A stretch of 64,000 nucleotides of DNA from Longimicrobiales bacterium (GTDB lineage: Bacteria; Gemmatimonadota; Gemmatimonadetes; Longimicrobiales; Gaopeijiaceae), in the NCBI GenBank assembly GCA_965198065.1, contig CBDAON010000004.1, positions 128,001 to 192,000 on the forward strand, written 5' to 3'. Numbering within the stretch: position 1 is the first letter of the stretch; every line of letters starts with the position of its first letter. The notes beneath the pieces are model-generated. The model worked only from the letters and a program-made list of their open reading frames with translations. It was not told the DNA's origin and made no database searches. Positions 51,701-64,000 of this stretch are shown here, piece by piece. A program made the translations under genes and the position numbers.

Positions 51701-52549
51701 TCACGGCCCTAGATCCTGCATGGAGACGGGGGTCGCCGGCGGGCTGTATCGCTGCCGCATGCGTGCCGTGAGGTTCGGGCCGAGGTATATCCGGGCCACC
51801 TCGTCGTTCCAGACGAGCTCCGAGACCGTACCGCTCACGCGGATCCTCCCCTCGTACATGATGTACGCGCGGTCCACGATCTCCAGGGTCTGCTCGACGT
51901 TGTGATCCGTGATGATCACGCCGATGTTCCGGTGCTTGAGCCCGGCCACGATCTGCTGGATGTCGTTGACCGCGATGGGGTCGATCCCCGCGAACGGCTC
52001 GTCCAAGAGCATGAACTTCGGCTGCTGGACCAGCGCCCGGGTGATCTCGAGCCGCCGGCGCTCCCCGCCCGAGAGGGTGTAAGCCTTGCTCCGCCTCAGG
52101 TGCCCGATCGAGAGCTCGTCCAGGAGGGCGTCCAGACGGGCCGCTCTCTCCTTCTTGGGGAGGTCGAGGGTCTCCAGGATCGCGAGCACGTTCTCCTCGA
52201 CCGTGAGCTTCCGGAAGATGGACGGCTCCTGCGCCAGGTACCCGACCCCCATCCGGGCCCGCTGGTACATGGGGACGCGCTTCAGCTCGGTGTCGTCCAG
52301 GTAGACCTTGCCCGACGCCGCGTCGATGAGGCCCACCATCATGTAGAACGTCGTCGTCTTGCCGGCGCCGTTCGGTCCCAGGAGGCCCACGATCTCGCCC
52401 TGAGTGACCTCGAGATCCACCTCGTCCACCACGCGCCGGCGCGCGTAGATCTTGGTCAGTCGATCCCCGCGAAACCGACTCGTTCCCCGGACAGTCTCAA
52501 GCACGCCCGAGAGCTCCGCGGGCCCATCTCTCACGTCGATCTCGCTCAC
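51701..52549 (-). CDS. lptB: LPS export ABC ATPase
   Basis: [29 protein letters not shown] and TDHNV. Confidence 0.97.
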   Translation of the reverse strand: MSEIDVRDGPAELSGVLETVRGTSRFRGDRLTKIYARRRVVDEVDLEVTQGEIVGLLGPNGAGKTTTFYMMVGLIDAASGKVYLDDTELKRVPMYQRARMGVGYLAQEPSIFRKLTVEENVLAILETLDLPKKERAARLDALLDELSIGHLRRSKAYTLSGGERRRLEITRALVQQPKFMLLDEPFAGIDPIAVNDIQQIVAGLKHRNIGVIITDHNVEQTLEIVDRAYIMYEGRIRVSGTVSELVWNDEVARIYLGPNLTARMRQRYSPPATPVSMQDLGP

Positions 52550-54120
52550 GGCGCCCCTCCCGTCGTCGGCACCGACCCGTCAGGGGGCGTCGCGGGCCCG
52601 TTGGCGGTTGGCGCCGACCCGGCGGTGGCACGACCCGTTTCCGGGTCCAACTGGAGGCCCAGGACCTGCTCTTCGGCTACGATGCTCTGAACCTCCCCGT
52701 CCTGCCCCAGGTAGACGGAAATCCGATCGGCGAGGACGTAGCTGATCGGCTGGTCTGCCCGATCGGGTTCGGGAGAGTCTACGGGGGTCTGCGGGAGCAC
52801 ATCAGGCGCATCCAGCCCCGCTTGCGGGGAAGCCCTCTCCGCATCCTCGGGCGGGGACCTGTAAAGGGTCCGCGCGCTTCCACTCCCCGTGAGTCGCCGA
52901 ACGTAATACTCGTCGTCGCTTCGACCCGCGTTCGCCGGTCCGGCGGCGGGCTCTACTCGGCCGAAGAGGACATCGATATCGTCCGCTTGGATCCAGTCGT
53001 CCGCGAGCGCCTCGGGCGTGAGCGGGCCGCGGGCGAGCCGCTCCGAGGGCAGCGCGTCGAGGGGCGGTAGGGGGTCGCCCGTCGCGTGGGTCTGCGCCCA
53101 GGCGCGTCCCAGGGCCCGCACCCGGTCGGGTACCTCGTCCGGCGAGAGGATGTCCAGCTGGTCTCCCACGATGAAGAACTCTTCGGTGAGAAGGCGCGGC
53201 ACGTCGGACGTCTCGCCCCCCCCTCCCCTGTCCGCGAGGACGCGCTGGACCTTCTCCTCCTGGATCGTGATCGAGATCGTCCAGGCCGTCAGCTCGATCT
53301 GGTCGTTAACAACGTGCCCGTGTCCCTCGATCTCGATGGACTCGACGATGTCGTCCCGCATCCGCACCTGCATCCGATCTCCCTCGAACACCGTCCCCCC
53401 CTCCTCCATCCGGGCACCTCCAACCACGAGGAGGTTTCCGGTCTGGCGGTCGAAGGCGAGGGAGTCCGCGAAGATGCGAAGCGAGTCTCGCTCCACCGCC
53501 ACCTCGCCGGTACCCCACACGTAGCGTTCGCCCTCGAAGCGGAGGCCCCTCGCAGCGATGCGATACGCACCCGCGGGAGCCGGCTCCCCCGCGGTAGCGC
53601 CCTCTCGGGGGAGGGACGCGACGGCGGGACGGCCGCGTAGGGTCAGCTGATCCGCGCCTCCGGAGGGGCCGGCCTCGAGGAGCGTCAGCGTATCGCCCGA
53701 CATCTCGCGGCCGGTCCCGAGATCCCGGAAGGTGACGTTCCCCCGCGCGAAGAGTTGGCCCTGTACCTCGTAGTGGTCCGCTTCCGTCGCCCGGAGCTCC
53801 GTTTCGGCGTCAAGGATCACGACGTTCCCGATGAGCTGGTTCCGGCCCGACTCTGAGTACGAGATCGCGCTGTCTGCCTGAACCCGTGCGCCGTCTCCGC
53901 ACGACAGGTCGGGCGCGCCCAACCACCAGATGGCGTGTGCCGTGCCGGGGATAGGATCCCGCCTGAGCGTTCGGTAGTCGAGGAGCGAGCAACTTCCGCC
54001 GAGGTCTTGTGCCCACGCCGCGGAAGGGAGGGCCGTCAGGGCCACGAGCGTCAGGCCCGTCACGGCCGCAGCCGCGGCGGTACGGGACCGGAGAACGGGA
54101 ACCGGGGTCACGGTCCGCAC
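52546..54120 (-). CDS. long LptA/OstA-like beta-jellyroll protein
   Basis: Lies between lptC and lptB. Signal peptide and repeated GNV/ADS beta-strand motifs. Confidence 0.7.
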   Translation of the reverse strand: MRTVTPVPVLRSRTAAAAAVTGLTLVALTALPSAAWAQDLGGSCSLLDYRTLRRDPIPGTAHAIWWLGAPDLSCGDGARVQADSAISYSESGRNQLIGNVVILDAETELRATEADHYEVQGQLFARGNVTFRDLGTGREMSGDTLTLLEAGPSGGADQLTLRGRPAVASLPREGATAGEPAPAGAYRIAARGLRFEGERYVWGTGEVAVERDSLRIFADSLAFDRQTGNLLVVGGARMEEGGTVFEGDRMQVRMRDDIVESIEIEGHGHVVNDQIELTAWTISITIQEEKVQRVLADRGGGGETSDVPRLLTEEFFIVGDQLDILSPDEVPDRVRALGRAWAQTHATGDPLPPLDALPSERLARGPLTPEALADDWIQADDIDVLFGRVEPAAGPANAGRSDDEYYVRRLTGSGSARTLYRSPPEDAERASPQAGLDAPDVLPQTPVDSPEPDRADQPISYVLADRISVYLGQDGEVQSIVAEEQVLGLQLDPETGRATAGSAPTANGPATPPDGSVPTTGGAP

Positions 54121-54665
54121 CCCCCACTATTCTCCGCCGTGATATTCTGGAACCCGAGGTCGGAGCGGAAGAAGTTCCCGCGGAGGGGGGTGCTCCCTTC
54201 CCGGTTCATGACGAAGCAGGCGTCGCTTTCGATCTGGTCCGACGCCGAGTGGTAGCTGAGCTCCTCGGTCTCGAGCCGAATTCCCTGGCCCGGAACCTCC
54301 AGCACCACGTCGCCCTGCGCAATGAAGTTATCGAAGCGCGCGTCGACAGTCCCGTTTCGGGCCGTGACCTCCGCGCGCTCGGAGCCGTCGTCGTTGAAGA
54401 TCGACAGAACGACGCCGCGCAGCTGAGAGTTGATGGAGTCGTTCCAGGAGTAAAGCGTGTCGAAGCGGAGGACGGAGGTTCGAATCCCCTCGCCGTTCGT
54501 GAAGTAGTGCTCGCCGCCAATCATGACCGCGTCGGCCTGGCGGAACGACTCCCCCGAAGGGATGGACGCTACGGGAGGCTCCTCACGGCAGGCCCCCACT
54601 CCGAGAGAGAGCGCCCCAACCACCGCGAGGATCGGCGCCGGAGGCGCACGTCGGGAGCCGCTCAC
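54108..54665 (-). CDS. lptC: LPS export periplasmic protein
   Basis: Lipoprotein-like N-terminus, GDVV...LETEELSY...I.SD, and operon position. Confidence 0.8.
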   Translation of the reverse strand: MSGSRRAPPAPILAVVGALSLGVGACREEPPVASIPSGESFRQADAVMIGGEHYFTNGEGIRTSVLRFDTLYSWNDSINSQLRGVVLSIFNDDGSERAEVTARNGTVDARFDNFIAQGDVVLEVPGQGIRLETEELSYHSASDQIESDACFVMNREGSTPLRGNFFRSDLGFQNITAENSGGCGP

Positions 54666-55669
54666 CCGATCCCCGCCCGAAGCAGGTCGTGGAGGTGAAC
54701 GACGCCCTCGAGCTCCCCTCCGGCGCCCACCACGGGAAGCGCCATGATACCGTGCCCCTCCATCTCGTGGACGGCTGCTCCCGCCAGGGTCTCACGCGTG
54801 GTGACCTTCGGAGTCGTCGTCATGACATCCAGAACGGGAACGTCCAGGAAGTCCTCGCGCCGGTCCATAAGCCTCGTGAGGTCACCGGCTGTTACGACCC
54901 CGACCACCCGGTGGGCCGCGTCCACGACCGGAACCGTCCCTCTCATGTGCGCCAGAGGCACAATGCAGTCGCGCATGGTGGCCCCGTCCGTGACCTCCGG
55001 GTAGTTCTCGCCCACCATGACGTCCGCCACCTGGAGGGTGAGCCTCCGTCCGAGCGCTCCTCCGGGGTGGAAGCGGGCGAAGTCCGCCGGGTGGAAGCCC
55101 TTGGCCTGGAGGAGCACCATGGCGAGCGCGTCCCCCATGGCCACCGCGACGGTCGTCGAGGAGGTCGGGGCCAGGTCCATCGGGCACGCCTCTGCGCTCA
55201 CGCCGCAATCGAGAACGACGGTCGCGTGCTCGGCGAGGGGCGAGTCCACGCGACCTATGAGGGCCACGGTCGGGACGCCCAGGCGGACCATGTACTCCAT
55301 GAGCCCGGACAGCTCGGAGGTGGCCCCACTCTTCGAGATAAAGATCCCTGCGTCCTCCCGGGAGACGATCCCCAGGTCCCCGTGGAGCCCGTCCATGGGG
55401 TGAAGGAAGCTGGCCGGGGTACCCGTGGACGTCAGCGTCGCCGCGAGCTTGCGCGCGACGATACCGCTCTTGCCAACGCCGGTGACGATCACCCGTCCCC
55501 GGACCCCCAGGAGAAGGTTCGCCGCCGCCACGAACTGGCGATCCAGGCGATCGGCGACCCCCCGGATCGCGCCGGCTTCCGCCACGAGGACGCGGCGTCC
55601 CTCCTCGATCACCCCTTCCGGGTCGGCCACGCCGGGCGCGCCGGCCATTGCCTTCGCGAGCTCACGCAT
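54662..55669 (-). CDS. kdsD: arabinose-5-phosphate isomerase
   Basis: TGVGKSG, HGDLG, APTSST, HPGGALG and a CBS pair. Confidence 0.95.
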   Translation of the reverse strand: MRELAKAMAGAPGVADPEGVIEEGRRVLVAEAGAIRGVADRLDRQFVAAANLLLGVRGRVIVTGVGKSGIVARKLAATLTSTGTPASFLHPMDGLHGDLGIVSREDAGIFISKSGATSELSGLMEYMVRLGVPTVALIGRVDSPLAEHATVVLDCGVSAEACPMDLAPTSSTTVAVAMGDALAMVLLQAKGFHPADFARFHPGGALGRRLTLQVADVMVGENYPEVTDGATMRDCIVPLAHMRGTVPVVDAAHRVVGVVTAGDLTRLMDRREDFLDVPVLDVMTTTPKVTTRETLAGAAVHEMEGHGIMALPVVGAGGELEGVVHLHDLLRAGIG

Positions 55670-56285
55670 CGGTCCGCGCCGCGCAGTACTCCGTCACCAC
55701 CCGATCCCAGTCCCCTCGCGCGAGCAGAAGGGCTCGAACAAACTCGCGCACGGCACCTCTCCCCCCCCCCCGCTCCGTCGACCAGAGAGCGACCCGCCTG
55801 ACTTCGGGGACAGCGTTCGCCACGGCGACGGGAAACCCCACCCGGCTCATCACGGGAAGGTCGGGAAGGTCATCACCCACCATCGCCACCTGGGTCCACT
55901 CGAGCCCGAGACGCTCCATGATGCCGTTCACAGTCGGAAGCTTCTTCGCGTCGTCGTCCTGGTGACACGGGATGCCGAGCTCCTGAGCCCGCCGCACCGT
56001 CGCGGCGGAGCTCCGGCCGGACACCAAGGCCACCTCGACTCCGGCGGCTCGGAGGAGCTTGAGCGCGAGCCCATCCTGGATGTCGAAGCGCTTGAGCTCC
56101 ACGTCCTCGCCGCCCGCCGTCTGTCCGATGTACACGGTGCCGTCCGTGAGGACACCGTCCACGTCCAGGACGACCAGCCGGATGCCCAAGGCGATACCCT
56201 GCGGGAACTCCCCGTGGCCGGCCCCCTGGGGCGCCTCGGGCCAGGCGTGCCGATCGACGATCCGCGTCACCCCGAAACGCTCCAT
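55662..56285 (-). CDS. kdsC: KDO 8-phosphate phosphatase
   Basis: DVDGVLTDG, GDDLPD and GGRGAVRE. Confidence 0.93.
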   Translation of the reverse strand: MERFGVTRIVDRHAWPEAPQGAGHGEFPQGIALGIRLVVLDVDGVLTDGTVYIGQTAGGEDVELKRFDIQDGLALKLLRAAGVEVALVSGRSSAATVRRAQELGIPCHQDDDAKKLPTVNGIMERLGLEWTQVAMVGDDLPDLPVMSRVGFPVAVANAVPEVRRVALWSTERGGGRGAVREFVRALLLARGDWDRVVTEYCAARTDA

Positions 56286-57091
56286 CTCGCTCCCACCCCG
56301 CCACCCGAGAGCGCCTCCCGAATCCCCATGACCTGCTCGATCAGGGGCTCCAGTCGCTCGAGCGGGAGCATGCTCCGACCGTCCGACGGGGCCGAGGACG
56401 GGTCCGGATGGGCCTCGAGGAACAGGTGGTCGCAGCCGGCCGCCACCGCGCCCCGGACGAGGGCGGGAATGGTCTCGGGGTCGCCTCCGGTCGAGCCACC
56501 GGCCCTTCCGGGCCGCTGGACCGAGTGGGTTCCGTCGAACACCACGGGAACGCCGCACGCCGAGCGGATCCGCTCGAACGATCTCATGTCCACGACCAGC
56601 TCTCCGTACCCGAAGAACGTGCCCCGCTCCGTCACCGTGACTGTGGGGGCCCCTCCTGCGCGGGCCTTCTCGACCACGGCCGCCATCTCCTCGGGAGCCA
56701 TCCACTGGCCCTTCTTGACGTTCATCGCGCGTCCCGTTCGGGCCGCGGAGAGGACCAGGTCGGTCTGGCGGCAGAGAAAGGCCGGGATCTGAAGGATGTC
56801 CACGACCTCCGAGGCCGGCCCGGCCTGGTCGGGCTCGTGGATGTCCGTCAGGACGGGGAGGCCGAACTCGGAGCGCACGCGCCGGAGCCACTCGAGCCCC
56901 CGCTCGAGCCCGGGACCCCGCGGCGAATCCAGTCGCGCGCGATTCGCCTTGTCGAAGGAACCCTTGAAGACGACCGGTAGATCGTGCCGGCTCGAGAGGG
57001 ACGCCAGTCGCTCAGCGATGCGGAGCGTCGTCTCGTGCTCCTCCACGACGCAGGGACCGGCGATCAGCGTGAACCTCTCGAACACTGCCAT
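56267..57091 (-). CDS. kdsA: KDO 8-phosphate synthase
   Basis: IAGPCVVE, SFDKANR, PAFLCRQTDL and FDGTHSVQ. Confidence 0.97.
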   Translation of the reverse strand: MAVFERFTLIAGPCVVEEHETTLRIAERLASLSSRHDLPVVFKGSFDKANRARLDSPRGPGLERGLEWLRRVRSEFGLPVLTDIHEPDQAGPASEVVDILQIPAFLCRQTDLVLSAARTGRAMNVKKGQWMAPEEMAAVVEKARAGGAPTVTVTERGTFFGYGELVVDMRSFERIRSACGVPVVFDGTHSVQRPGRAGGSTGGDPETIPALVRGAVAAGCDHLFLEAHPDPSSAPSDGRSMLPLERLEPLIEQVMGIREALSGGGVGARWSVSG

Positions 57092-57094
57092 CCC

Positions 57095-59541
<2,447 letters not shown>

Positions 59542-59666
59542 CGGTTCGCTCCCAGGGGGGTCGGGAGGTCGCGGGGGTGAGTCTTTGCAAGTTTCACGCC
59601 ACGAAGGTAGGAGAAGCCCAGGCGAGGATCAAGCGCGGCCCCCTCTCGACCCTTCTCGACGGGGAG

Positions 59667-60269
59667 TCAGAGCTCCAGGAAGTTCTTGAGCAGGCGCTTC
59701 CCGTCATGCGTGAAGAGGGATTCGGGGTGGAACTGCACTCCCCAGATGGGCAGCTCCCGGTGCCGAATCCCTTGGATCTCCTCCCCGGAGGGCCCGTTCC
59801 CCTCGGGCTCCGCCCCACCCTCGCGTGGGGACCACGCGACGGCCTCTAGGATATCGGGGAGGACGCCGGCCTCGGTCACGAGCGAATGGTACCGGGTCAC
59901 CTCGAGCGGCACGGGCAGGCCCCGGAAGATCCCCTCGCCCAGGTGCCGGATCTCGGTCGTCTTCCCGTGCATCACCTTCCCCGCGCGGACCGTGCGTCCC
60001 CCGAACGCCTCCCCGATCGCCTGGTGTCCGAGACAGACCCCCAGGAGCGGTCGCTCGGCCCCGAGCCGTCGAACGGCCTCGACGCTCACCCCGGCTTCCT
60101 TCGGAGTGCATGGGCCGGGGGAAATCACCACCCGGGACGGGCCCATGGCCTCGAGCTCCTCGACGGAGGCTTCGTCGTTCCGGACGACGTACGGGTCCGT
60201 GCCAAGCTCACCCAGGAACTGGACGAGGTTCCACGTGAAGGAGTCGTAGTTGTCGATGACGAGCAGCAT
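59667..60269 (-). CDS. anthranilate/aminodeoxychorismate synthase component II (TrpG/PabA)
   Basis: IDNYDSFT, SPGP, GVCLGHQ, RYHSL and QFHPES. Confidence 0.95.
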   Translation of the reverse strand: MLLVIDNYDSFTWNLVQFLGELGTDPYVVRNDEASVEELEAMGPSRVVISPGPCTPKEAGVSVEAVRRLGAERPLLGVCLGHQAIGEAFGGRTVRAGKVMHGKTTEIRHLGEGIFRGLPVPLEVTRYHSLVTEAGVLPDILEAVAWSPREGGAEPEGNGPSGEEIQGIRHRELPIWGVQFHPESLFTHDGKRLLKNFLEL

Positions 60270-60359
60270 TCTTCCCCTCGGCAGCGGATCCCACCTCCGT
60301 GCTCTGAAGCGTGAGCTCCGACTCCGCCCGGTAGGTGGACGGTCGGTGGTCGCGATCAG

Positions 60360-62144
60360 TCAGTAGTCGACCGGGCGCAGGTAGAACTCTCCGATCGCGT
60401 TCTCGGAGAGGGTGGCCACGGTGGGGAGCTCCCGCTTCCAGTGCGTCCCCTGGAGGCGCGCCCTGATCCTCTCCACGGCTTCTTCGGCAAATCCGGCCCG
60501 AACTAGGTCTTCGGGGCGGTACCCCTCGAGAAGCCAGTAAAGGATCCGGTCCGCCACCTCGTACCGGACCCCGATCTCGCTCTCGTCGTGGACCCCGCGG
60601 ACCAGGTCGGCGCTCGGCGCCTTCACCACGATCTCCTCGGGCACACCGAGCTGCCTCGCCAGCGCCCAGACCTGTGTCTTGAACAGGTCCCCAAGCGGGT
60701 TGATCGGAGGAGAGTCGTCGGCGTGCCAGGTGAAGTAGCCGAGGAGCCGTTCGCTCTTGTTTCCCGTTCCCAACGGGAGGGCACCCAGACGGGCCGCTTG
60801 ATCCCATAGAACGAGGGCCCGGAAGCGCGCGGCCAGGTTCCCCCGGCGCAGGTCGGAAAGATCCGGCTCCTCCCTGTCCACGTACGCGTCCACCGAGGGG
60901 GTGATCTCGATCGCTCGGGAGGCGACGCCGGCCCGCTCGACGACGTGCCGCCCATCGGCGAGGCTCTCGGGGCTGGAGGTTGCGTAGGGGAGGAAGACGG
61001 CGTGGACGTGCTCGGGCCCGAGCGTCCTCACGGCGAGGAGGAGCGAGGTCGCGGAGTCCACCCCGCCCGACACTCCAACGACGACATCGTGGAAGCCTCG
61101 CCTCTCCACGATCTCGTCCCGGAGAAACGTCACGAGCGTACGCTCGACCAGTGGGAGATCGAGGTCCAGGGGCGACGAATCGTCCGGATCGGGCAGCTCC
61201 GCGGGCGCGCGCCTCGAGGCGGCCCGTCCGTCCACGGAGGGTCCCAGAGCTTCCACTGTTCGCCTGGCCGGCCCGCCCCCTCCCGACGCCCGGATCGACG
61301 CGAGGAGGTGGGGCAGCCGGCTCCTCAGGTCCGACAGGAGAGGGGAGCGCGCCCGGTAGCGGTGCCGAGCCGTGCGGTCGATCACGGCACGGACGGATCC
61401 CTCGTCGAACAGGGGAGCCTTCGGGCCAACCTCGCCGCCCGGCAGGTAGAACGCGCTTCCGCCGCCGAAGACCTTACCTCCCTCGCTCCCCACGAGCTGC
61501 GCGATGGCGACGTGGATCCCGTGCTCCAGGGCCGCCGACCGTCCCACGAGGTCCCACCGCTCGAGACTCAGGGGAAACCCCGGGCCCGGCGAGAAGTCGC
61601 GAGCTGGCGACGCGGAAACCACGACGAGGAGCTCCGCCCCGTCGAGCGCGAGGATCGCGGGCGGCAGGGAGTGGTGCATTTCCTCGCAAACGAGCATCCC
61701 GGCGCGGCCGAACCGGGTCTCGAACGCCTCCATAGCCGTGCCGGGCGAAACGAAGCGGGATTCGTCGAACACGCCGTAGGTCGGGAGGAACATCTTCCGG
61801 TGGCGATGAACGAGACGATAGGCGCCCTCGTCGGGCGTGAACCAGCCCGCTGCATTGTACGTCGGGCCGTCCCCGCTCTCGTAGAATCCCAGGACGATGT
61901 CGGGAGAGCCCGGCTCGGCGGCCCCGAGCCCCGCGGCAACTTCGCCGGCCGTGCGGGAGACCTCCTCCACGGCACCCTCGACGAAATACCCCGAGGTCAC
62001 GCACTCCGGGAAGACGAGGAGATCGACCTCACCGGCGGAGCCGGCGGCCCACTCCCGGACGCGCGCCAGGTTGGCGTCCACCCGCCCCTTGTCAGGGCGA
62101 AGCTGCGCCAGCTCTACCCGGATCGGCGTCGCGATGTCCACCAT
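60360..62144 (-). CDS. nadE: glutamine-dependent NAD+ synthetase
   Basis: Nitrilase triad (FPE, HRK, VCEE) plus SGGVDS, GTGNKSE, NPLGDLFKT and PSADL. Confidence 0.93.
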   Translation of the reverse strand: MVDIATPIRVELAQLRPDKGRVDANLARVREWAAGSAGEVDLLVFPECVTSGYFVEGAVEEVSRTAGEVAAGLGAAEPGSPDIVLGFYESGDGPTYNAAGWFTPDEGAYRLVHRHRKMFLPTYGVFDESRFVSPGTAMEAFETRFGRAGMLVCEEMHHSLPPAILALDGAELLVVVSASPARDFSPGPGFPLSLERWDLVGRSAALEHGIHVAIAQLVGSEGGKVFGGGSAFYLPGGEVGPKAPLFDEGSVRAVIDRTARHRYRARSPLLSDLRSRLPHLLASIRASGGGGPARRTVEALGPSVDGRAASRRAPAELPDPDDSSPLDLDLPLVERTLVTFLRDEIVERRGFHDVVVGVSGGVDSATSLLLAVRTLGPEHVHAVFLPYATSSPESLADGRHVVERAGVASRAIEITPSVDAYVDREEPDLSDLRRGNLAARFRALVLWDQAARLGALPLGTGNKSERLLGYFTWHADDSPPINPLGDLFKTQVWALARQLGVPEEIVVKAPSADLVRGVHDESEIGVRYEVADRILYWLLEGYRPEDLVRAGFAEEAVERIRARLQGTHWKRELPTVATLSENAIGEFYLRPVDY

Positions 62145-62348
62145 TCCAGCGACTCCGGAGCTGCTCGTGACCCTCCACCCGGCCGGCCCGAACGGTCCCT
62201 CGGAGAGGGATGGGGAGGGGTGACCCCTCTCGGGGCCAGGCCGACGACGAAAATAACACCGCAGAATCCCTGGAACGACCGGCCCCATTGAGGTACTTTG
62301 TTGAAATTGGACGTTCCTTCCTCCGCGTGCCAAACGGGTGCCACCGCC

Positions 62349-64000
62349 ATGAGCCGTCGCCTGCGTCTGTGGATCCTCGCCCTGACTCTCGCGGTTCCCC
62401 TCGGCGCCCATGCGCAGCGCGCGGGAGACGGGGGCGCCGTAGCCCCTCCGGACCTGATCCCGGAGGCCACCGTCCTCCAGGGCACTATCGAGGCCATTCG
62501 AGACTACGCGCTCGAGGCCCAGAGCGACTCGGCCCTGTTCGAGCTGGCAATTCAGGGGCTCATCCGGGGGCTGGACGATCCCTACGCGACGGTTCTCACC
62601 CCCGATCAGGTCCGCGAGTTCGAGGAGCAAAGCACCGGGAATTACGCCGGCATCGGGATCGCCATCTACCGCCTGAACGGGGCGGTCACGATCACGGAGG
62701 TGTTCCGGAACACGCCGGCCGCGCGTGCGGGGCTCCAGGTGGGGGACCGGATCGTCGGGGTTGGCGCGGAGGACGGCCGGGAATGGAACGAGGACGACGC
62801 CTCCTCCCGCATCCGCGGGCGCCCCGGAACCCTGGTCGTGGTCACGGTGGAAAGGGACGGGCTCAGTGAGCCGCTCACCCAGGAGATCGAGCGCGACGAG
62901 GTACACGTGCCCGCAGTCACGGCGGAGCGGATATTCTCCGACATCGGCTACATCGCTGTAGGGCGGGTGACACGGAACTCCGCCGCCGAGGTCGACTCGG
63001 TGCTGGGAACGATGGGCGGCACACATGGGCTGATCATCGATCTTAGGAGGAATCCGGGCGGGTATCTCGACGAAGCGCTCCGCATGTCGGACCTCTTCCT
63101 CGATCGGGGCTCCGTGCTCGCGCGGACCCGCTCCAGGATTCGGGGCGGCAACGGCGAGCGGCTGGACGAGGCCCACCACGCGCGCCTCACCCCGCGGGTC
63201 CGGGATCTGCCGATCGTCGTCCTCGTGGACCAGTTCTCGGCCTCGGCGGCCGAAATCGTGGCGGGGGCTCTCCAGGACCATGACCGTGCGCTCGTCATGG
63301 GCGAGCGGACCTTCGGAAAGGGAACCGTGCAGAGCGTCATTCCCCTCCCCGAGGGTTACCTCCTCCGCGTGACGTCGGGCGAGTGGCTGACGCCGCAGGG
63401 CCGGTCGCTGAACCGCCGGAGGGACGCGGACGGACGCCCTATCGAGGTAGCGGACCCGATCGTTGAGGAGTTTCGATCCGTGGGGGGCCGGGCCCTCCGG
63501 GGCGGCGGCGGGGTCTTCCCCGATCTGGAGCTGGTCGAGGACACGCTAAGCGCGAGCGCGCAGGAACTTCCCCTCGCTGCGGTCGAGGCCGAGATCCCCC
63601 TGGGTCGCCGGATTCAGGAAGCCGCCTTTGCGGTGAGTCGCAGTATCCGGGAGACGGGCGAGATCCCCGACGAGTTCCCGGAAGCCGATTTCGACGCTTT
63701 CGTCCAGGCGCTCGTCGAGGAGGGTATCCCCGAAGAGACCATGAACGAGGAATCTCTCGGGTACCTACGTTGGCAGGTCGAGGGACAGATGTACGCCCGG
63801 ATCGAGAACGAGGCCCGATACCTGGAGGTTCGGAGCGAGCGGGACACCGTTCTGGCCGCGGCTGTGCGCCTTCTGACCGAGGCGGGGCGCCAGGAGGACC
63901 TCTTCGTGCTGGCGGCAGCGGAGCGCGCGGCCGCCAGCCCCCCGCCGGAGCCGGTCGGGGCGGCGGGCGTCGCGGTGCCCGCGGGGGCGCCCGGAGGCCT
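62349..64000 (+). CDS. S41 carboxy-terminal processing protease (3' partial, absent from ORF track)
   Basis: Signal peptide, LDDPY, GIGI PDZ, DLRRNPGG, SASAAEIVAGALQD and TFGKG. Confidence 0.93.
   Translation, partial: MSRRLRLWILALTLAVPLGAHAQRAGDGGAVAPPDLIPEATVLQGTIEAIRDYALEAQSDSALFELAIQGLIRGLDDPYATVLTPDQVREFEEQSTGNYAGIGIAIYRLNGAVTITEVFRNTPAARAGLQVGDRIVGVGAEDGREWNEDDASSRIRGRPGTLVVVTVERDGLSEPLTQEIERDEVHVPAVTAERIFSDIGYIAVGRVTRNSAAEVDSVLGTMGGTHGLIIDLRRNPGGYLDEALRMSDLFLDRGSVLARTRSRIRGGNGERLDEAHHARLTPRVRDLPIVVLVDQFSASAAEIVAGALQDHDRALVMGERTFGKGTVQSVIPLPEGYLLRVTSGEWLTPQGRSLNRRRDADGRPIEVADPIVEEFRSVGGRALRGGGGVFPDLELVEDTLSASAQELPLAAVEAEIPLGRRIQEAAFAVSRSIRETGEIPDEFPEADFDAFVQALVEEGIPEETMNEESLGYLRWQVEGQMYARIENEARYLEVRSERDTVLAAAVRLLTEAGRQEDLFVLAAAERAAASPPPEPVGAAGVAVPAGAPGG

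Noticed and set aside
49711..51771. 686-aa plus-strand ORF
   Set aside because: Antisense shadow of rpoN and the GT2 gene.
62145..63281. N-terminal extension making NadE 973 aa
   Set aside because: It overlaps the + strand S41 protease. The nitrilase domain begins near 62144.

Overview
GC-rich bacterial chromosomal window. It is probably Gemmatimonadota and possibly a sponge-associated lineage; this is inferred from gene order, a kinase N-terminus remnant and Ig/LRR proteins. The window appears to span the replication terminus: a dif-like XerCD site sits at 40530-40557, and long genes converge on it (mostly + to the left, mostly - to the right). The left ~35 kb is a heavily decayed accessory region. 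It holds an IS256, two IS3-family elements (2 and 4 copies), an IS5 remnant, tRNA-Ile2 with integrase arm-like repeats, remnants of an integrase, a type I R-M system and a T4SS, an intact RelE-type TA pair, and a cluster of exported enzymes (SoxC/D-like, cyclase, flavin amine oxidase). The best candidate for a new system is an intact 2,968-bp IS1595-family element with perfect 30-bp IRs and an 8-bp TSD. It carries a collagen-stalked trypsin-like lipoprotein, two unannotated small ORFs and a candidate promoter-to-terminator structured sRNA antisense to one small ORF's leader. All four copies of one IS3 element share the same in-frame amber codon. The right ~24 kb is core: a glycosylation locus, rpoN, lptBAC, kdsDCA, pyrG, kdsB, trpG/pabA, nadE and a partial S41 protease. 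Several 1-2 nt frameshifts may be sequencing errors.
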